Source: Sphyrna mokarran
Taxonomy: Eukaryota
Reading direction: 5' to 3'
NCBI GenBank assembly: GCA_024679065.1
Contig: JAGIQG010000028.1
Span: forward strand, 11,160,001-11,224,000
Length of the DNA stretch: 64,000 nt
Shown here: piece after piece, positions 26,248 through 40,254 of the stretch
Numbering within the stretch: the first letter of the stretch is position 1
Layout: the number at the start of each line of letters is the position of its first letter
The notes under the pieces: generated by a model
The model's database searches: none
The model's input: only the letters and a program-made list of their open reading frames with translations
What the model was told of the DNA's origin: nothing
Made by a program: the position numbers and the translations under genes

Positions 26248-26340
26248 GGATTCTGCGGTCTCCTCCGTGGCAGGACCTGTTGTGAGTGAAAATGGAGAAT
26301 TTGACTTTCACTGTCGGCGGCACAGGAAAATCCCAGCCAT
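26248..26340. mobile_element. Short MITE remnant (family also at 55521-55652, 57415-57612, 57764-57901)
   Basis: ggattct..ggaaaatcccagcc; other copies are bounded by gggc..ttttc and gaagatcccgccc or ggagaatcctaccc. Confidence 0.5.
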
Positions 26341-27164
26341 GAAGGAGGATGGAGGAATTTGTCTGTGGTTTTGGCTTTGATCTCAATGGGCAAGCAACAT
26401 GCTACTACTTATTATCTAGATTTTCAAAGATGAAGGGAATTTGGGTGAAATATCAGAAGCCTGTCAGTGTGCCTCAGTCTGCACCCAGCAAGCGGTCACC
26501 TCTTTTAGTATGGGTGAGGTGAAGGGGAAGATGGCCTCAACTAGGGTTATTTAGTTTCAGGTTCAAGATCTGTGAAACAAGACCACCTCTACAATGCATT
26601 CCTAAAGAGTTAGACAGCTTGTCAGAAGATTCAAGACTGTAATATACAATCACTCATTCCAATTAACACAAATGAATTGATGAAATATTCTTTAGTGTTA
26701 ATTTTAATTTTGGACAGTAATTCCCGTAGTAAACTCCAGAGCTAGTTCTCCTAACCTAGATTCTGTTAAAGGTGAAGAACTATTATTAAATGATGGTTGG
26801 CATTGTGTTGTATTGTGCACTTGTTCTGAGGTTGTGGTGGTATGAATGCCATTGAAGTAGGTATAAAAATTATGGAAGTGGACAATTGGAAAAGGGGCCA
26901 TATTCAGAATGAAGGACAGATCAAAAAGGATCACGTACAACACAGCTATGTAACCCCCTCCCCAAGTAAATGCTGTTTTATATTCTGGAAATACTTTGCT
27001 TACTGATCCTGAAAATCAGCTTTTGAATTCTGTCTGCGTGGTATGTGGTAGTAAATCCCACTGGAACCAATTAAAATGATCAAACAACTCTTAGACAGTA
27101 ATTCCAAGAATTAAAATACTTTGCAGCATTGGAAAGCACAGATTAATTAACTGTGTGTCTACTG

Positions 27165-27550
27165 TTTTTATTCTTTCATGTGATGTGGGCATGGCTGGCA
27201 AAGCCAACATTTGGTTGCCCATCCCTAATTGCTGTTGAACTGAGTGGCTTGGCCATTTCAGAATGCAGTTAAGAGTCAGCCATATTTCTGTTGGTCTGGA
27301 GTCACATGTCAGCCAGACTAAGTAAGGATAACAGATTTCCTTCCCTAAAGGAAATTCATGAACAAGGGTGGATTTTTATTACAATCAATGATAGTTTTGT
27401 GGTCACCCAAACTGAGAATAGCTTTACATTCCATGTTTATTAACTGAATTTAAATTCTGCAAGCTTCAAGTGGGATTTGAAGACATGAGCATTAGCCTGC
27501 ATACCTGGATTATTATCCAGTGACATTGACGCTGCGCACTCATCTTCCCA
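27165..27550 (-). mobile_element. tRNA-derived SINE with LINE-type tail
   Basis: Same family as 12085-12480 and 35340-35690. Confidence 0.65.
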
Positions 27551-28044
27551 TTCCTGACAATGGTCCTGTAACTTTAGACATGGCCATTGGCAGTTAGAAC
27601 ATGGCAGCCTTGAGTTTTTTCTTCTCATAGGGTCAGTTGATGAAGAGCACTGAATTTGAAGGGTCAACCACAATTCACTGCCCTATTGGATGTAACTTTA
27701 TTTTTCCCTATCTCTTTAGTTGACATTTTTATATTTTATTGTCTTTCATCCAGAAGAAATATAAACAAACTATAGTAGTTTATCACACACACTATTGCTC
27801 ACTGTACTACATGATACACTGATTAAAAGGGACCTGCGATATCACTACAAATATAGTGTCATGGCAAACTGTTTACATAGGAAATAACTGGTTACAATGG
27901 CAAATATTGGCTCTGAGTATGCTAAAATATTCTATCTATGTGTAACCATAATCATAAATCAAGGCTATTGAAAATGATTGTTTCTATTCAAATAATGTGC
28001 AGGAGTACGGGAAAAAGGCAAGGGAATGGCAATAAGTCATAGGA

Positions 28045-28905
28045 TTATAAGAGATAGGAGCCATTCAGCCCAATTGAGTCTGCTCCACCATTTGATCATG
28101 GCTGATCTCCAGCTTTTCCCCCTTGATCCCTTTACCAATCAAGTATCAACTACCTGTCTTAAATGCAGTCAATGACCTGGCCTTCTGTGGCAATGAATTC
28201 CATAGATTCACTATGCTCAGGCTGAAGAAATTTTTCTTCATTTCAGTTCTAAAGAATTGTCCCTTTATTCTGAGGCCCTCAGGTCCTAGTCTGTCCTATT
28301 AATGGAAACATTATTCCCCTTATCCCCTCTATCTAGGCTTTTCATTATTCTGTAAGTTTTAATGAGATTGCCCCCCCTCAACCTTCTAAACTCCTTCAAG
28401 TGCAGATCCAGAGTCCTCAGACAGTTCTTGTACATCAAGCTTTTCATTCCCGAGATCATTCTTGTGAACCTACTCTGGATCCTCTGTAAGGCCGGCATAT
28501 CCTTTCTTAGATACGGGGTTTAAATTGCTCACAGTTTTCTAAATATGGTCTCACCAGAGCCTTCTAGAGCCTCAACAGTACATCTCTGCTTTTGTATTCT
28601 AGTGCTCTTGAAATGAATGCTAAAATTGCATTTTCTTTTCTAACTACCAATTCAATCTGCAAATTAACCTTAAGAGAATCCTGGACTAAGACTTCCAAGT
28701 CCCTTTGCACTTCTGATTTCTGAATTCTGTCCCCATTTAGAAAATAGTCTACGTCTCTATTCTTTCTACTGAAGTGCTTAACCTCACACTTCCTCACATT
28801 GTATTCCATCTGCCACTTCTTTGCCCACTCTCCTAATCTCTCCAAGTCCTTTTGCAGCTTCACTCAATACTATCTGTCCCTCTGTCTATTTTTGTATCAT
28901 CTGCA
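28045..28905 (-). mobile_element. CR1 LINE fragment
   Basis: LQKDLERLGEWAKKWQMEYNVRKCEV..QRDLEVLV; QSRFTRMISGM. Confidence 0.92.
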
Positions 28906-29774
28906 AAATGCTCATTTGGAAAGCTGATGTAGTACCAATGGGCCAAATGGCCGCTTTCCGTGTCATAATAATTCTATGATGTTTAAAGATGGGAAGTGAA
29001 AGTATACACAATATTTTTAATACTTATATTATGTGAGATTGTTGTACAGTTTTGTCAAATCACACAAAAGGGATCATACTTTGGTACCACAAAATTATTT
29101 ACTATGCAATATGCACACACACAAAGTTGTGCACTGTTTGCTCAGCTCAGATAATTCAATAACAATGCTTGCAGTTCATCTGGGTCACAGGAAAAATAAA
29201 GGTTTTACCTAAGTGAAGCCACGCTGTTGTAAAATTATCCTACTTCTCTTCTGTAGGGCTTGGGAAAGAATTCTTTTTTAATGCCACAATCCAATCTTCT
29301 TCTTGGTGGTCTGGGTGTATGTCGTTGTATTGATGTCCCTTCACCATTGTCGATGGACAGATTTCGTGCATATTGCCTATGAGTTCCGAGTAACCACCAC
29401 AAATACATAGAAATGGGCCATCATCATTGCTTACCTCATTGGCATGTTGACATCTGGTCCAGAAGGTAGGACATAGGTGTGCAATTATGAATCTGCATAA
29501 GGCGAAATAGGAAAAGGTGTGAGAGGACTATTGGCCAGAACTCCAGGGACCTCTTTGTTTTTCATCGAATTGCAGTGGAAGATCTTTCACTTAAGCTTAA
29601 CGTCCCATTTGAATGATGACACCTTGACATAGAAGCATTGCTTTAATGTTGCACTGAAATGTCAGCCTATATTATGCCTGTTAATCTATAGTGGGACATG
29701 AAACCATAATTTTATAATCCAGATGCAAGAATCATAGCAACGGAAACATGCTGACAGTTCGCAAATCCAGCCAT

Positions 29775-29875
29775 GCCAAAAGAGAAACTGCTGGAAAATC
29801 TCAGCAAGTGTGGCAGCATCTGTAAGGAGAGAAAACAGCTGACGTTTCAAGTCCAGATAACTCTTTGTCAAAATT
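29775..29875. mobile_element. Penelope-derived repeat fragment with decayed hammerhead core on the - strand (relatives at ~37690-37820, 40455-40510, 62615-62690)
   Basis: Minus strand reads TTGACAA-AGAGTT-atctg-GACTT-GAAA-CG-TC-AGCT. Confidence 0.6.
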
Positions 29876-30269
29876 CAGTCATGCCAACAATGGAAGACAT
29901 TGCACAACAACCATACATTTCCATGCTAAGAGTGTGAGTAGACATTAGTTGGTTAAAGCACATCATTTTGCATTGAAACATCCACTTTAACTTTAATGTT
30001 CTGCTCTTGGCCTTTCTCCGAATTTGTTCAATTAAAAAGAACATACACTGCAGTAGTTTGATTCTAATCGTCTTTGTTTTGCTCTTTCCATCGCCCCGTA
30101 ACAATGCATTCTTAAATCTCCTTTCTTTGCCAATGTACTACAGATACCAACTGACATACTGTTTCCAACAAATTCTCATTTTTCACTGCAGTTTGCCGGC
30201 CATTGCCTGATTTCTCAAACTGATTAGCATCACAGCCAAGGAATGATTCAGAAAGCACTGATGTGGTTT

Positions 30270-30940
30270 GACAGCTTCGGTGTCAGCCTCTGAGTCACCG
30301 TGTTGTGGGTTTAAGTCCCATTCTGAAGATAGGAGCATAGAAATATAGGCTGACATTTCACACAGTGCTAAGAGAGCACTGCACTGCCAGAATTACTGAG
30401 TCTCAGACGAGCTATTAAACTGAGGTCCTGTTTGCTCTCTCCCGCAGAAGTAAATGATCCCGTAGCACTATCAGGATGGCACAGTGGCACAATGGTTAAC
30501 ACTGCTGTCTCATAGCGTCAGGAACACGGGTTCAATTCCAGCCTTAGGTCACTGTCCGTGTGGAATCTGCACATTCTCCCTGTGTCTGTGTGGGTTTCCT
30601 CTGAATGCTCCGGTTTCCTCCCACAATCCAAGGATATACGGGTTAGGTTGATTGGCCATGTAAAATTATCCCTTAGCGTCAGGGGGATTAGTAAGGTAAA
30701 TACGTGAGGTTACAGGGATAGGGCCTGGATGGGATTGTTGTTGGTGCAGACTTGATGGACCAAATGGCCTCCTTCTTCACTGTAGGAATTCTATGACTAT
30801 CTGGAAGAAGAGCAGGGAAGTTCTCCCGGATGACCAGTATGTGCTCCCTGCCCTTCCTCAATTAACAAACTTGTGTGTAATTAGCTGTCACATTTCTTAC
30901 CTGTCAACATTAACTACACTTCAAAAATACTTAACTGACT
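30270..30940 (+). mobile_element. DeuSINE (SacSINE1-like), interrupted by an HE1 SINE
   Basis: gcctctgagtca..gtgggtttaagtccc head; gatcccgtagcactat|..|ctggaagaagagcagggaagttctccc Deu-domain. Confidence 0.7.
30473..30795 (+). mobile_element. Full-length HE1-like V-SINE with target-site duplication actatc
   Basis: A-box tggcacaatgg, B-box ggttcaattcc, V-domain and tail; actatc at 30467-30472 and 30796-30801. Confidence 0.92.
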
Positions 30941-31502
30941 GAAAAAAAAAGTCTAACATACTTGGAATTACCTGCCATTGTCAGGTGAACAGGAATAGCG
31001 AGTTATTTTTTAAATGCATGGATGAGAGATCTCAGAAAGCTCATATTTTGAGTAGTTAAGAAGAAGTACATTTCACAATCAATACAGTACTTTTGTGTCT
31101 GCTGCTGCTTTTCATTTTGCCTGACATAAAAGAAAAGGTCAACAACAGATAAGTTCAGTGTTTGAGTTACCTGCAGTTTTCTTACTGTGGGCTTGCTTTT
31201 TGTCTTGCCTGATACTGTCCTCCCAGTGCAAGATTCCACAGGCTGCTCCTATAGCTATCCAACCATAAGAACATCTTAACATCTATGCAATTTCAGTGTG
31301 GTTGGGGGTGGATGAAGGTGGTGGTGGGCGCGATTTAAAAATGAATAATCACACCCACACCTTGGTATTTTGTAAAGCAGGGATTTAAAAAATCTCTGAG
31401 CAAGTAATCACCATTTCTTGGAGGCAAGCAAAGTATGTTTGTAAACCTTTCTGCAGCTTCTGTGAACTCAATGCTTTACGGTCTCCTTCCACAGCTACCT
31501 GA

Positions 31503-31820
31503 GCACATGGCAGCATAGTGGTTAGCACCACTGCCTCACAGCACCAGGGACTTGGGTTCAATTCTGGCCTTGGGTGATTGTCTATGCAGAACCTGCATGT
31601 TCTCCCCGTGCCTGCATGGGTTTCCTCCGGGTGCTCCGGTTTTCTCCCACGCTCCAAAATGTGTGGGTTAGGTTGATTGGCCATGCTACATTGACCCTTT
31701 AAAATCAGGGGAATCAGCAGGATATATACATGAGGTTATGAGAATTTGGTGGGTTTGTTGTCGGTGCAATGAGCTGAACGGCGTCCTTCTGTACAATAAG
31801 GTTTCTTTGATTCTATGTTC
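31503..31820 (+). mobile_element. HE1-like V-SINE
   Basis: A and B boxes, V-domain and gattctatg tail. Confidence 0.9.
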
Positions 31821-32759
31821 TGTTCATCTTGTACCCAGGGTTCCCTGCATCGCGATTTCGACAGCAAACATCTGGGCCAGGTTTTGTTATGGTTAAACAG
31901 AATGATTTTTAATTTTTTTTTCCACGAGGTTGTTGAAGTGTGCGCTGATAATGATGCAGTGAAAACAGTATAGCATCTCCAATGCCCATGAAGCACAAGT
32001 CAGTGATATTTAAGGATTGCAAAATAATCTGAGCAAGCAATGAGAAAGAAGATGTATATTAGAGTGGGTGAATTCAATGTCACATCAGGTACAGAAAGAG
32101 AAATAGAGAGGGAAAGATAGATTGGATTAAGAGAGAAAAAATGACAGATTGGAAAAATAAACTTTTTTTTTGTTTCAAGTTTTAAATTTGTATTTTTAAA
32201 ATTTTCTAATACAACTGCCATTGTAAAGCAATAATTTATAATTATTTACAGCCTTGGCAAGAAATGTTGATTGGCAATCATGATCAAGTATCATCTTGTT
32301 AAAAGGCTAGTTGCATTCTTAATCATTAGACTTGATTTGTATGATGAACGTAATGGACAATTCATATGCTAAGGCAGCAATATCATAAAATCACAGGCAC
32401 ATTTAGCATAAAATACTCCTTTTGCAAAGCCAACTGCAGAATGGTAAGAATAAGCTGGCAGATTCTGGTGATTTGCAATTCGTAGGGTATCTCTTTGCAA
32501 CAAGTCACTGGCCGATTTGCGTATTAATAACAACATGTGATATTCATGGTTCAGCAAAATGAAGCTCCATAGGTTAAATTATTGTGTTGCCTGATCCTCC
32601 AGTGTTGAGTTCACAGGTTACTACAAAAATAATTGGAACACGCCACAGGTAGAATAGCAGCAGCTTGAGAGAAGCATAGCCAATGTCTGATGCACATTTA
32701 CAGACCTGGGCCCATGGAAGAGGAGGACCGCATTTTATTTAACAATTCAATATCAAAAT

Positions 32760-33010
32760 TGAAAGAAAGAACTGCTTTTATGTTGCACTTTACATGACCA
32801 CCAAACATCTTAAAGTACTTCACAGCCAACAAAGCTCTTGAAATGTAGCCATTGTTGTGATGTACGAAATGCAGCAACGATATGTACGTAGTAAACACCC
32901 ACAAGCAACAATTTATATGGCCAGATAATTTGTGTACAAAAAAATGAGCGATAAACATTGGCCAAGGCCCTCAGGATAACTCCGTTGCTCCTCTTCAAAA
33001 TAGTAATTCA
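32760..33010 (-). mobile_element. DeuSINE 3' fragment
   Basis: aaacattggccaaggccctcaggataactccgttgctcctcttcaaaatagt. Confidence 0.6.
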
Positions 33011-33899
33011 TACTGGTGCTGAAAGAGTCTGTCAGGCTTTCAACCACATGACGGAATCAAATTTATGCATCCCGCAGTTCATGTCAGCCAGCGACCCCAG
33101 CAGTTCAGAGATTGGGACGCAGTTTTTAAAGGGCACCCTCGAACTCTATATTTGCAGATAGGTCCCTCTTTCCACACCCCAAAAACTGAAATGATGCCCC
33201 ATCCCCTGCTGACTGGGAGAGCACCATCATCTCCTCAGCAATGAGGGCTTCCTCCCTCCCCATCGCTCAAAAATGGGTCACCACTGCTCCCCCCACAACA
33301 CAGAGGCATGAGGGTGACCTGACCCTTTTCCCTCAGGCCCCCTATCCCTCCTTTCTTATACCAGCATTTAGCCCCCTACCTCTGTCAGATCCTCACTCAG
33401 TCTCTTGATCTCATCAGACTCTAATTCAGCCTCCCCCCTCAGACTACTTTTACTGACCAAATACCCTTTGAAGAAACCACAGCTGTCAATCAGACTTAGA
33501 GTCTCTATAAATATCATGGTTAGGAACAATGGAAGTACTTGAAATGTATTCAAGTGTGAAGGGAAAGGTAGATAAACACAGCTGACTGGAGGCTGAGAAT
33601 AAAGCTATTGAGCTGTCAATCAAAGCCTATGCCAAAGCATTACACTAGGAAATTGAAATAGATCAAAAGTTTTCAGTATAATAGAGAGGGTTTCAAAGGT
33701 TTCAGCTTTCGAGGAAAGCTTAGTGACATCATACAAAAGCTGTGTGAATACATTTGGACTAACTGAGCCCCTTCTCCTGGTGAAATTGACATCTCCTTTT
33801 AGCCATAGGACTTCAAAGGGGTCAGCTCACATCTGCAGCTTCTGAGAGAATGAAATGCTGCTGTGATTTAAAAGCCTATAGCTGTCCTGGGGGTATGGA

Positions 33900-34700
33900 G
33901 ATTAAAGTGACCTGGCCATTTCAAATTTTTACAGCTGATGGGCGGGAATGAAGATGTGGATCACAGAGCTGCCTGAAATCACCATCCATGGGTAATCTTC
34001 AGGTCTGCCAGGGTTAGAATGGGCAGTCAAGCATGGGATCCTCATCCCAGATAAGAATGGCAAGGTCAACCCTTGCCTACAGCTAGACCCCACCCAATCT
34101 CCAGCACCCTTGGGAAACCCTCCCTCTGCAGTCAGGCATTGAAATAAATGACCACTGGATGTACCTCATTGGTGCTGTGGGACCATCACGGTGCATGGCA
34201 CCAGGCCAAGGTATTAGTGCTAGGGGCAGTGCTCTGTAGGCACTGCCAAGGCTCATGGCCTGTAGGGAAGCTTGTGTGGGGGTCTGAGGGGAGTGGGGGC
34301 TGAGTGGGTGTTTGAGGGGAAGGGAGGCTGAGGGTGGTCAGATTGCACTCATGCCTAGGTGGCGTTACGGGGGAGGGGAGGTGTGCTTTGACCCATTATT
34401 TAAGTGGTGGGGGGGATGCCCCTTTTTGTTGAGGGATTGCTGGTTCTCCCCTGGGCCCTCAGGATGTGGCATGCCAGGTCCATGCCTATCACCAACACCA
34501 AAGTCTGCCAGGTGCATTCTTGCTGGAGAGGCGGGTGAATGGCAGGGGGTGTTGGTAAATGCGCCATCAATCCAGCCAATGGTACTATAATTAATGCGTT
34601 TGCATAATAGTTGCGTTGCCACCTGCTCTGGGTGGAACCTGATCGGAGCCAGCAGTATGGGTTGGGTGAACTCTTGACACCTATCAGGAATCCTGATTGT
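33900..34700. mobile_element. GC-rich non-autonomous DNA-element remnants
   Basis: ggcagtgct/ggcactgcc motifs and G-tracts like those in 23281-24313; boundaries uncertain. Confidence 0.4.
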
Positions 34701-35339
34701 TGACCATATCCCATTCAGCGGAAATCAGGATTCCTGACGAGGCTGCAGAATTCCACCTCCACATCTCTGATGGGGCAGATTGCCTGCACTGGATCATCAC
34801 CTTTGATATTTTTACTAAGGTCAAGTTGGATTTGAACCTGGAACGTTGTGATTTAAAGGCAAGAGATACACGAACATGGGAGTCAGGTAAAAACTGAAAA
34901 AAAAATGAACGAATTGGAAAGAAGTCTTTGGAACTTTTATCATGGAATAAGATAATGACACTCCAACGTTCTAAAATTAGTTTCACTGGGTCAGAGAGTT
35001 TGTTAAGTAATTATGACTTAGAGTGCTGTTAAAATTTCCATTACACATTATTCAACAAAACTTAATTTTTCCAATGGCTTTTATAGTGAGAAATGGTGTA
35101 TAAAAAGTTAAGGTTGATGTCAAATAGATGACTCTGTCATCTAGAATACAAATGCAAAGACTGCACCCGATGCAGGAGAGCATATCACAGGCAACATCTT
35201 CTAGATTTCTTAGTTTTGTTGCAAATGTGCAGACAGCAGAAGTCACTGCCTGTCTTACCCAGTAATACAGTAAAGGCTGATAGTTTTGCCATCATTGCAC
35301 CTGCAAATTCCCAGCCAATAAAGCAAGACTTTTAAAAAT

Positions 35340-35690
35340 ATTCTTTCATGGTATGTGAGTGTATTTGTTACCCATTCCGAATTGTCTTTGAGCTGAGTGG
35401 TCTGCTAGGCCATTTCAGAGGGCAGTTGAGAGTCAACCATATTTCTATGGGTCTGAAATCCCATGTAGGCCCAGACCATGTAAGGACAGCCCAAAGAGCA
35501 TTTATGATCAAGATGGATTTTTATGACAATGGATGATAGTTTCATGGTCACCATGACTGATACTAGCTTTCAACTCCAGATTTTTTATTAATTGAACTTA
35601 ACTTCCATCACCCATCTTGGTAGGATTTGAACCCCAGAGCAAGTCATCTGCGTCTCCGGATTCCCAGGAAAGTGACTATGTCACTATCTC
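35340..35690 (-). mobile_element. tRNA-derived SINE with LINE-type tail
   Basis: Same family as 27165-27550. Confidence 0.65.
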
Positions 35691-38600
35691 AGTTTGATGG
35701 AGTCAGACTGACTCTAACAACTTGTTATACACACAGCCCACACTCGTATGCAACACTGGTTTATTTCACTCCCAGCATATCCCAGGGTTCTGGCATGGAC
35801 CGACTGTGGGATTATATCAGGTGCTTTATTGACTGACTGTTGTGGTTTCAGTTATTTGCAAGTTTCACTTCCAACAGTGATCAAACAGATTTGGTAGAAT
35901 TATTTATATTTCCTTTTATGAAAAAAGACTAATGTGAAAGGAGATTCCTCTAAAATAAACACTGAACAATTCCAGGAAATTTTTGCATTTCCCATTACTA
36001 GATTCAGTTTTTAGAATAAATCAGTACAGCCTGTTGACATGTAACATGGTTGTTCCAAAATAGCTGCATTTGAGTATAACTCTCCTTCAACATATTAGAC
36101 CCAGGGAATTTTATTTAATAGAAGCGTCATGCAAACTCTGTCAAAACATGCTGAGCGATTAAATACCTTCCTGATTCAGAACGCTTCAGCATTTTGTAAT
36201 GGTCTAGATGCTGAGATGATCACAGTGACATATATTCAGCAAACTAGATCTCGACATTGAGTTTAATCAGTCCAGAAGGGCCACTGAGCTATGGTAATTA
36301 ACTTTTGAAGCAAAGATTTCTGTGCAACAATGCAAAAATATGGTAAATTGCATGAAATTACCTGGAATATGCAGCACAGAAACAAGCCATTTGGTCCAGC
36401 TGGTCAATGCTGGTATTTGTGTTTCACATGAACCTCCTCCCACTTATCTGAGGCTAGATCCATTGAGGCTTTTAAGCTGGGCTTGCTTGCAATCCCGACA
36501 AAAGATCTGATGCTGCTAGGATTGCAAGAGCTGGCCGGTAACTTCCAATGGTGGGCCTTCCTTCCAGTGAGGGGCAGAAATCCCACTCTTCCCTTATTGT
36601 TATTGCCTACAACATGTTACCTCAGATAAATCAGAGATAGTAGACCTGGAGGAACTTGGCATCTTCGGGAACAGCTGCAAGACTGGTGGGATTGTGGCTT
36701 TGAAGTGCAGGTGGGGCAGGATATTATCTTTGGGTTGGGCCTTGCAACGCAAAGGACACATGTCCCATTTTGCTAAAGATTGTTCCCTCTTTCCTTCCAG
36801 CACTTTTAAATACTTTGTGAAAGGACTCCCATCTTGTTGTCCACTCCTGCCTGCCTATCCTTGCAAATGTGTTATGTGATGGGCAGGATATTGGGGTCAA
36901 TGGGGGCACTTTTTTCTTTGGTCTAGTTGGTGAATAGTATGTTGCACCATCTTTCTCCCCATAAAATCCAGCAAATTGTCTTGCTTTTATCTTTATTAAA
37001 TGCAGTCATGCCAAAAGACATGAAAGAAAATGCCATCCTGATGACATTATAAAACTATTTTTGTTTTAAAATGTAGTAGATAAAAGACAAAAGCTATGAC
37101 TGGCTGCGACTCGCACAAAAGGAATTTCTGGCCTTCTGAAAACCACAGCAATTTCATTATATCTATCCAGAGATGTTAATGCCCCACGTAACTGCAGAAA
37201 TTAAATTCCAAGGAAATGCACAAAGTCCCCTTCACATTCCTGAGGCAAACTTTTGGCCAACAGAAATAATCTACTTGTGAGAGACCAAAACCTGAAATTG
37301 AGTTAAGGAGCGGGATTTATGGCTTCACTTGGGTGAGACCGGAAATTCTTGCCTGAAGTCAACGGAAATTTCTGTTATCGAACCCTCACCTGCACCCACT
37401 CGCTGCCGGTGAAGTGACAGAGTTCCGGCCAATGTTTTAGATCTAAATGATCCTTCTGCACAGATGCTGAGTTTATCCAGCATTTTATTTTTTTTTAATT
37501 TCTTTTCCTCCTTTTCTACTCTTTTCAACCTTTATTGTGGCTTATACTCTCCCTGAGACCTTTGCCTGATGTTCTTAGTTAAAACTCAATTGGTGGACAA
37601 TTTCTAGAGCTGAAAAAGATATTTTTGAAATTGAAGGGTTCATGATGAGGTTGTTGCAAATAATCGTAGAATGATACAGCACAGAAGATTAAAAGCAAAA
37701 CACTATGGGTGCTGGAATCAAACAAAAACAGAAAATCTGGAAAAACACAGCAGATTTGACAGCATCTGTGGAGAGAGAATAGAGCAACATTTCAAGTCTG
37801 GATGATCCTTTGCTGAACTGGGAAGAAGGCTGTTTGACCCCATGTGCCTCTGCCAGCTGTATGAAAGAGGAATCCAATTATTTCCATTCCCCATAGACCT
37901 GCAACATTTCTCCTGTATGCCTTGATCCAATGTGCTTCTCAAAAGTCATTATTATATTTTCTCCTGCCACTCTTTCAGGCAATTTATTTCCAGATCATAA
38001 CAATTCTCTGCATAAATTTGTTTTTTCTCGTATCCCCTCTGGATTTTTTGCTGACCAGAGAACCATCTTGATGATTGGATTGGCACACAATCCTTTCACA
38101 CCTGAGCTATGACTTCAAGCCCAGGACAGATTGTTGGAAAGGCAGCTAAAATCACGAGTGTATCAACAATCCAAGCACCTTTTAGGAAATTAACAAGAAA
38201 TATATTCCTTGACCTACACAAATTGTATTTTAAAACAATCAGGAGGTAGACAATAAAATATTACGTGTGCTTGTTACACCAAATTGGATACCAGAGCACT
38301 TTTTACACAATCTAATTTAAAATATTACAGTTGAAGATTGTAATATATCTGAGAGGTTTCTTGTTACAGAAATGAAGAAGAGCTTTTTAGCTGACTAAAT
38401 TTTGTTCAGAAAATTGATTTTTAATTCCTGGGGTATAGCACACAGATATTCTGGAGAGCAACTGTGATGTTTAGCTGTGAAGTTGGGACTATGTTTAACT
38501 GAGTCAATGCTTTAAAGGTCATTGCTCAAGTAGTTCCTATAAGACAGTGGAGCAAAGGTAAGCAATTAGGGTTGCTGCATGTAAACCTTCGACCTTGAAG

Positions 38601-40075
38601 CTGCTGGTAAGTTTCTTGGCCCAAGTCACAGGAATCCAGCATGAAATTATTCCATTTCTTTCCCTTTTTGTAAAATTGTTTGCATTTGTAAGGAAAAGTT
38701 TGGCACTTTGAATTGTCAAGCCAGGAATATGGTGGATCCATGCTAGATGTTGGGTTTCTATGGTCCAAAACTTCCAGTCTATGACCATATTGGACAATCG
38801 CCTGTAGCGTTTTCTGGGTTCTGACTGAACTGCCCATGTACAAAGGATCTCCAATCTCCGCTGAAGCAGAAATGGGCTAGCTCAGCCACCTCTCCAAGAT
38901 AAATTCAGCAAGAGCAGGAAAATTGTAGGAACTTTATCCTTCATTAGCTGCCTTTTCAGGAAGTTTTTAAAAGTCTCAAGTTTTTTCATGAATGAGTATG
39001 GGTGAATGAATAGTTGCATGAATGAGTGGGCTGTCAGGTTGGGTGGGTTATCAGGTCGGCTAGTATCGGAGAGGTGGACGAGAGTGAGAGTTATCAGAGG
39101 GTGTCCAGGCCAGAAGGGTATTTGGGTTAGATCGGATCAGTATTTGGTTCAGGTGGACAGTTTGATTGGTAGGTAGTAGTTGGGTCAGAGAGTATGTGGG
39201 TTATGATGGGAAACAGTCTGTTTAGTTTAGGGGATGCTTGGGGAGGTAGATTGTCCTGTTCAGTTTATTTGTGCTGGCTTAACTCCGCGTATTAACCAGC
39301 AAAACATTTCCAAGGTAAATATCAGGGTAAGTCCCATGTATGCGGTTCACGTTTCTGACGCTGAGCTAAGGATCAGAGACGTTTATAGCAGGTGCCGAGC
39401 AGCTGAAGTCAATGTACCAGAAGTTTAAATTTCCCAGACAAATTCTGCAGGTTCCCAACACATTATGCTGACTTGAGTCCAGGCCCAGAATTTTAATTGC
39501 TCAGGTGAGTGCATTTCCAACCTAAAAGCATGTGGAATCATGCAAAATGTCAGGTGTAAATCCTGATGTCGTGATGCACTTAAGCAATTTTTCAATGTGT
39601 GGGCACACGCGAGAGAATAGGAAGCATGCCCGGCAACAACCAAGCAGGCAATTTAGCCCATTAAGGGAAAATGAAATGCAATTTTCCGTGGCTCATATGG
39701 ATAGCTGGGCTGATTGGCCAAGCAACATTTATGTTTTAGCTTCAACCTCGATCGAGGATGTAATGCCAGTGCTGAAATAAAATTTTGAAGGGCTGTGGTC
39801 TGAGATTGAGTTTGAATGTGTTGCCTCTTTGCATAGTATTCCTGTTGAAACTTAATTTTCACAATTCTGCAGCTCCCTGGGGAAGCATGTTAGAACTGTT
39901 GGTTTTTTTCTTGGTGCTTACCCTCCCCAGCCTTTAACAGATTGCCCTTCACATTGGATGGCCATTAATTGGCCAGCCGGCTGAAAATAGAATTCCAGGG
40001 CGAACAGTGGCCAGAATACATTCCGCACCCATGTCCAGGCTACTGAGTGCGCACTCTCCATGGGCTAAAAGTTCA

Positions 40076-40254
40076 TAGTAAGAAGTCTGACAACGTCAGG
40101 TTTAAGCATGATGTGGAGATGCCGGCATTGGACTGGGGTAAACACAGTAAGAAGTCTGACAAGTCTGATGTTGTCAGACTTCTTAACTTAAACCTGGTGT
40201 TGTCAGACTTCTTTCTGTGTTTACCTAGTCCGACGCCGGCATCTCTACATCATG
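40076..40254. repeat. Rearranged palindromic Penelope-derived fragment
   Basis: ~55-bp inverted arms plus extra copies of aagaagtctgacaa in both orientations. Confidence 0.7.

Noticed and set aside
29255-29470. Exon-like, CpG-containing unique segment with splice-like motifs
   Set aside because: All + frames stop before a donor, and the - frame peptides match nothing I recognise.
30473-30545. tRNA-like A and B boxes at many loci
   Set aside because: These are SINE heads continuing into V-domains, not cloverleaf tRNA genes.
38526-38854. Two overlapping 105-aa - strand ORFs in unique sequence
   Set aside because: No recognisable domain or convincing splice-site pair; consistent with chance.
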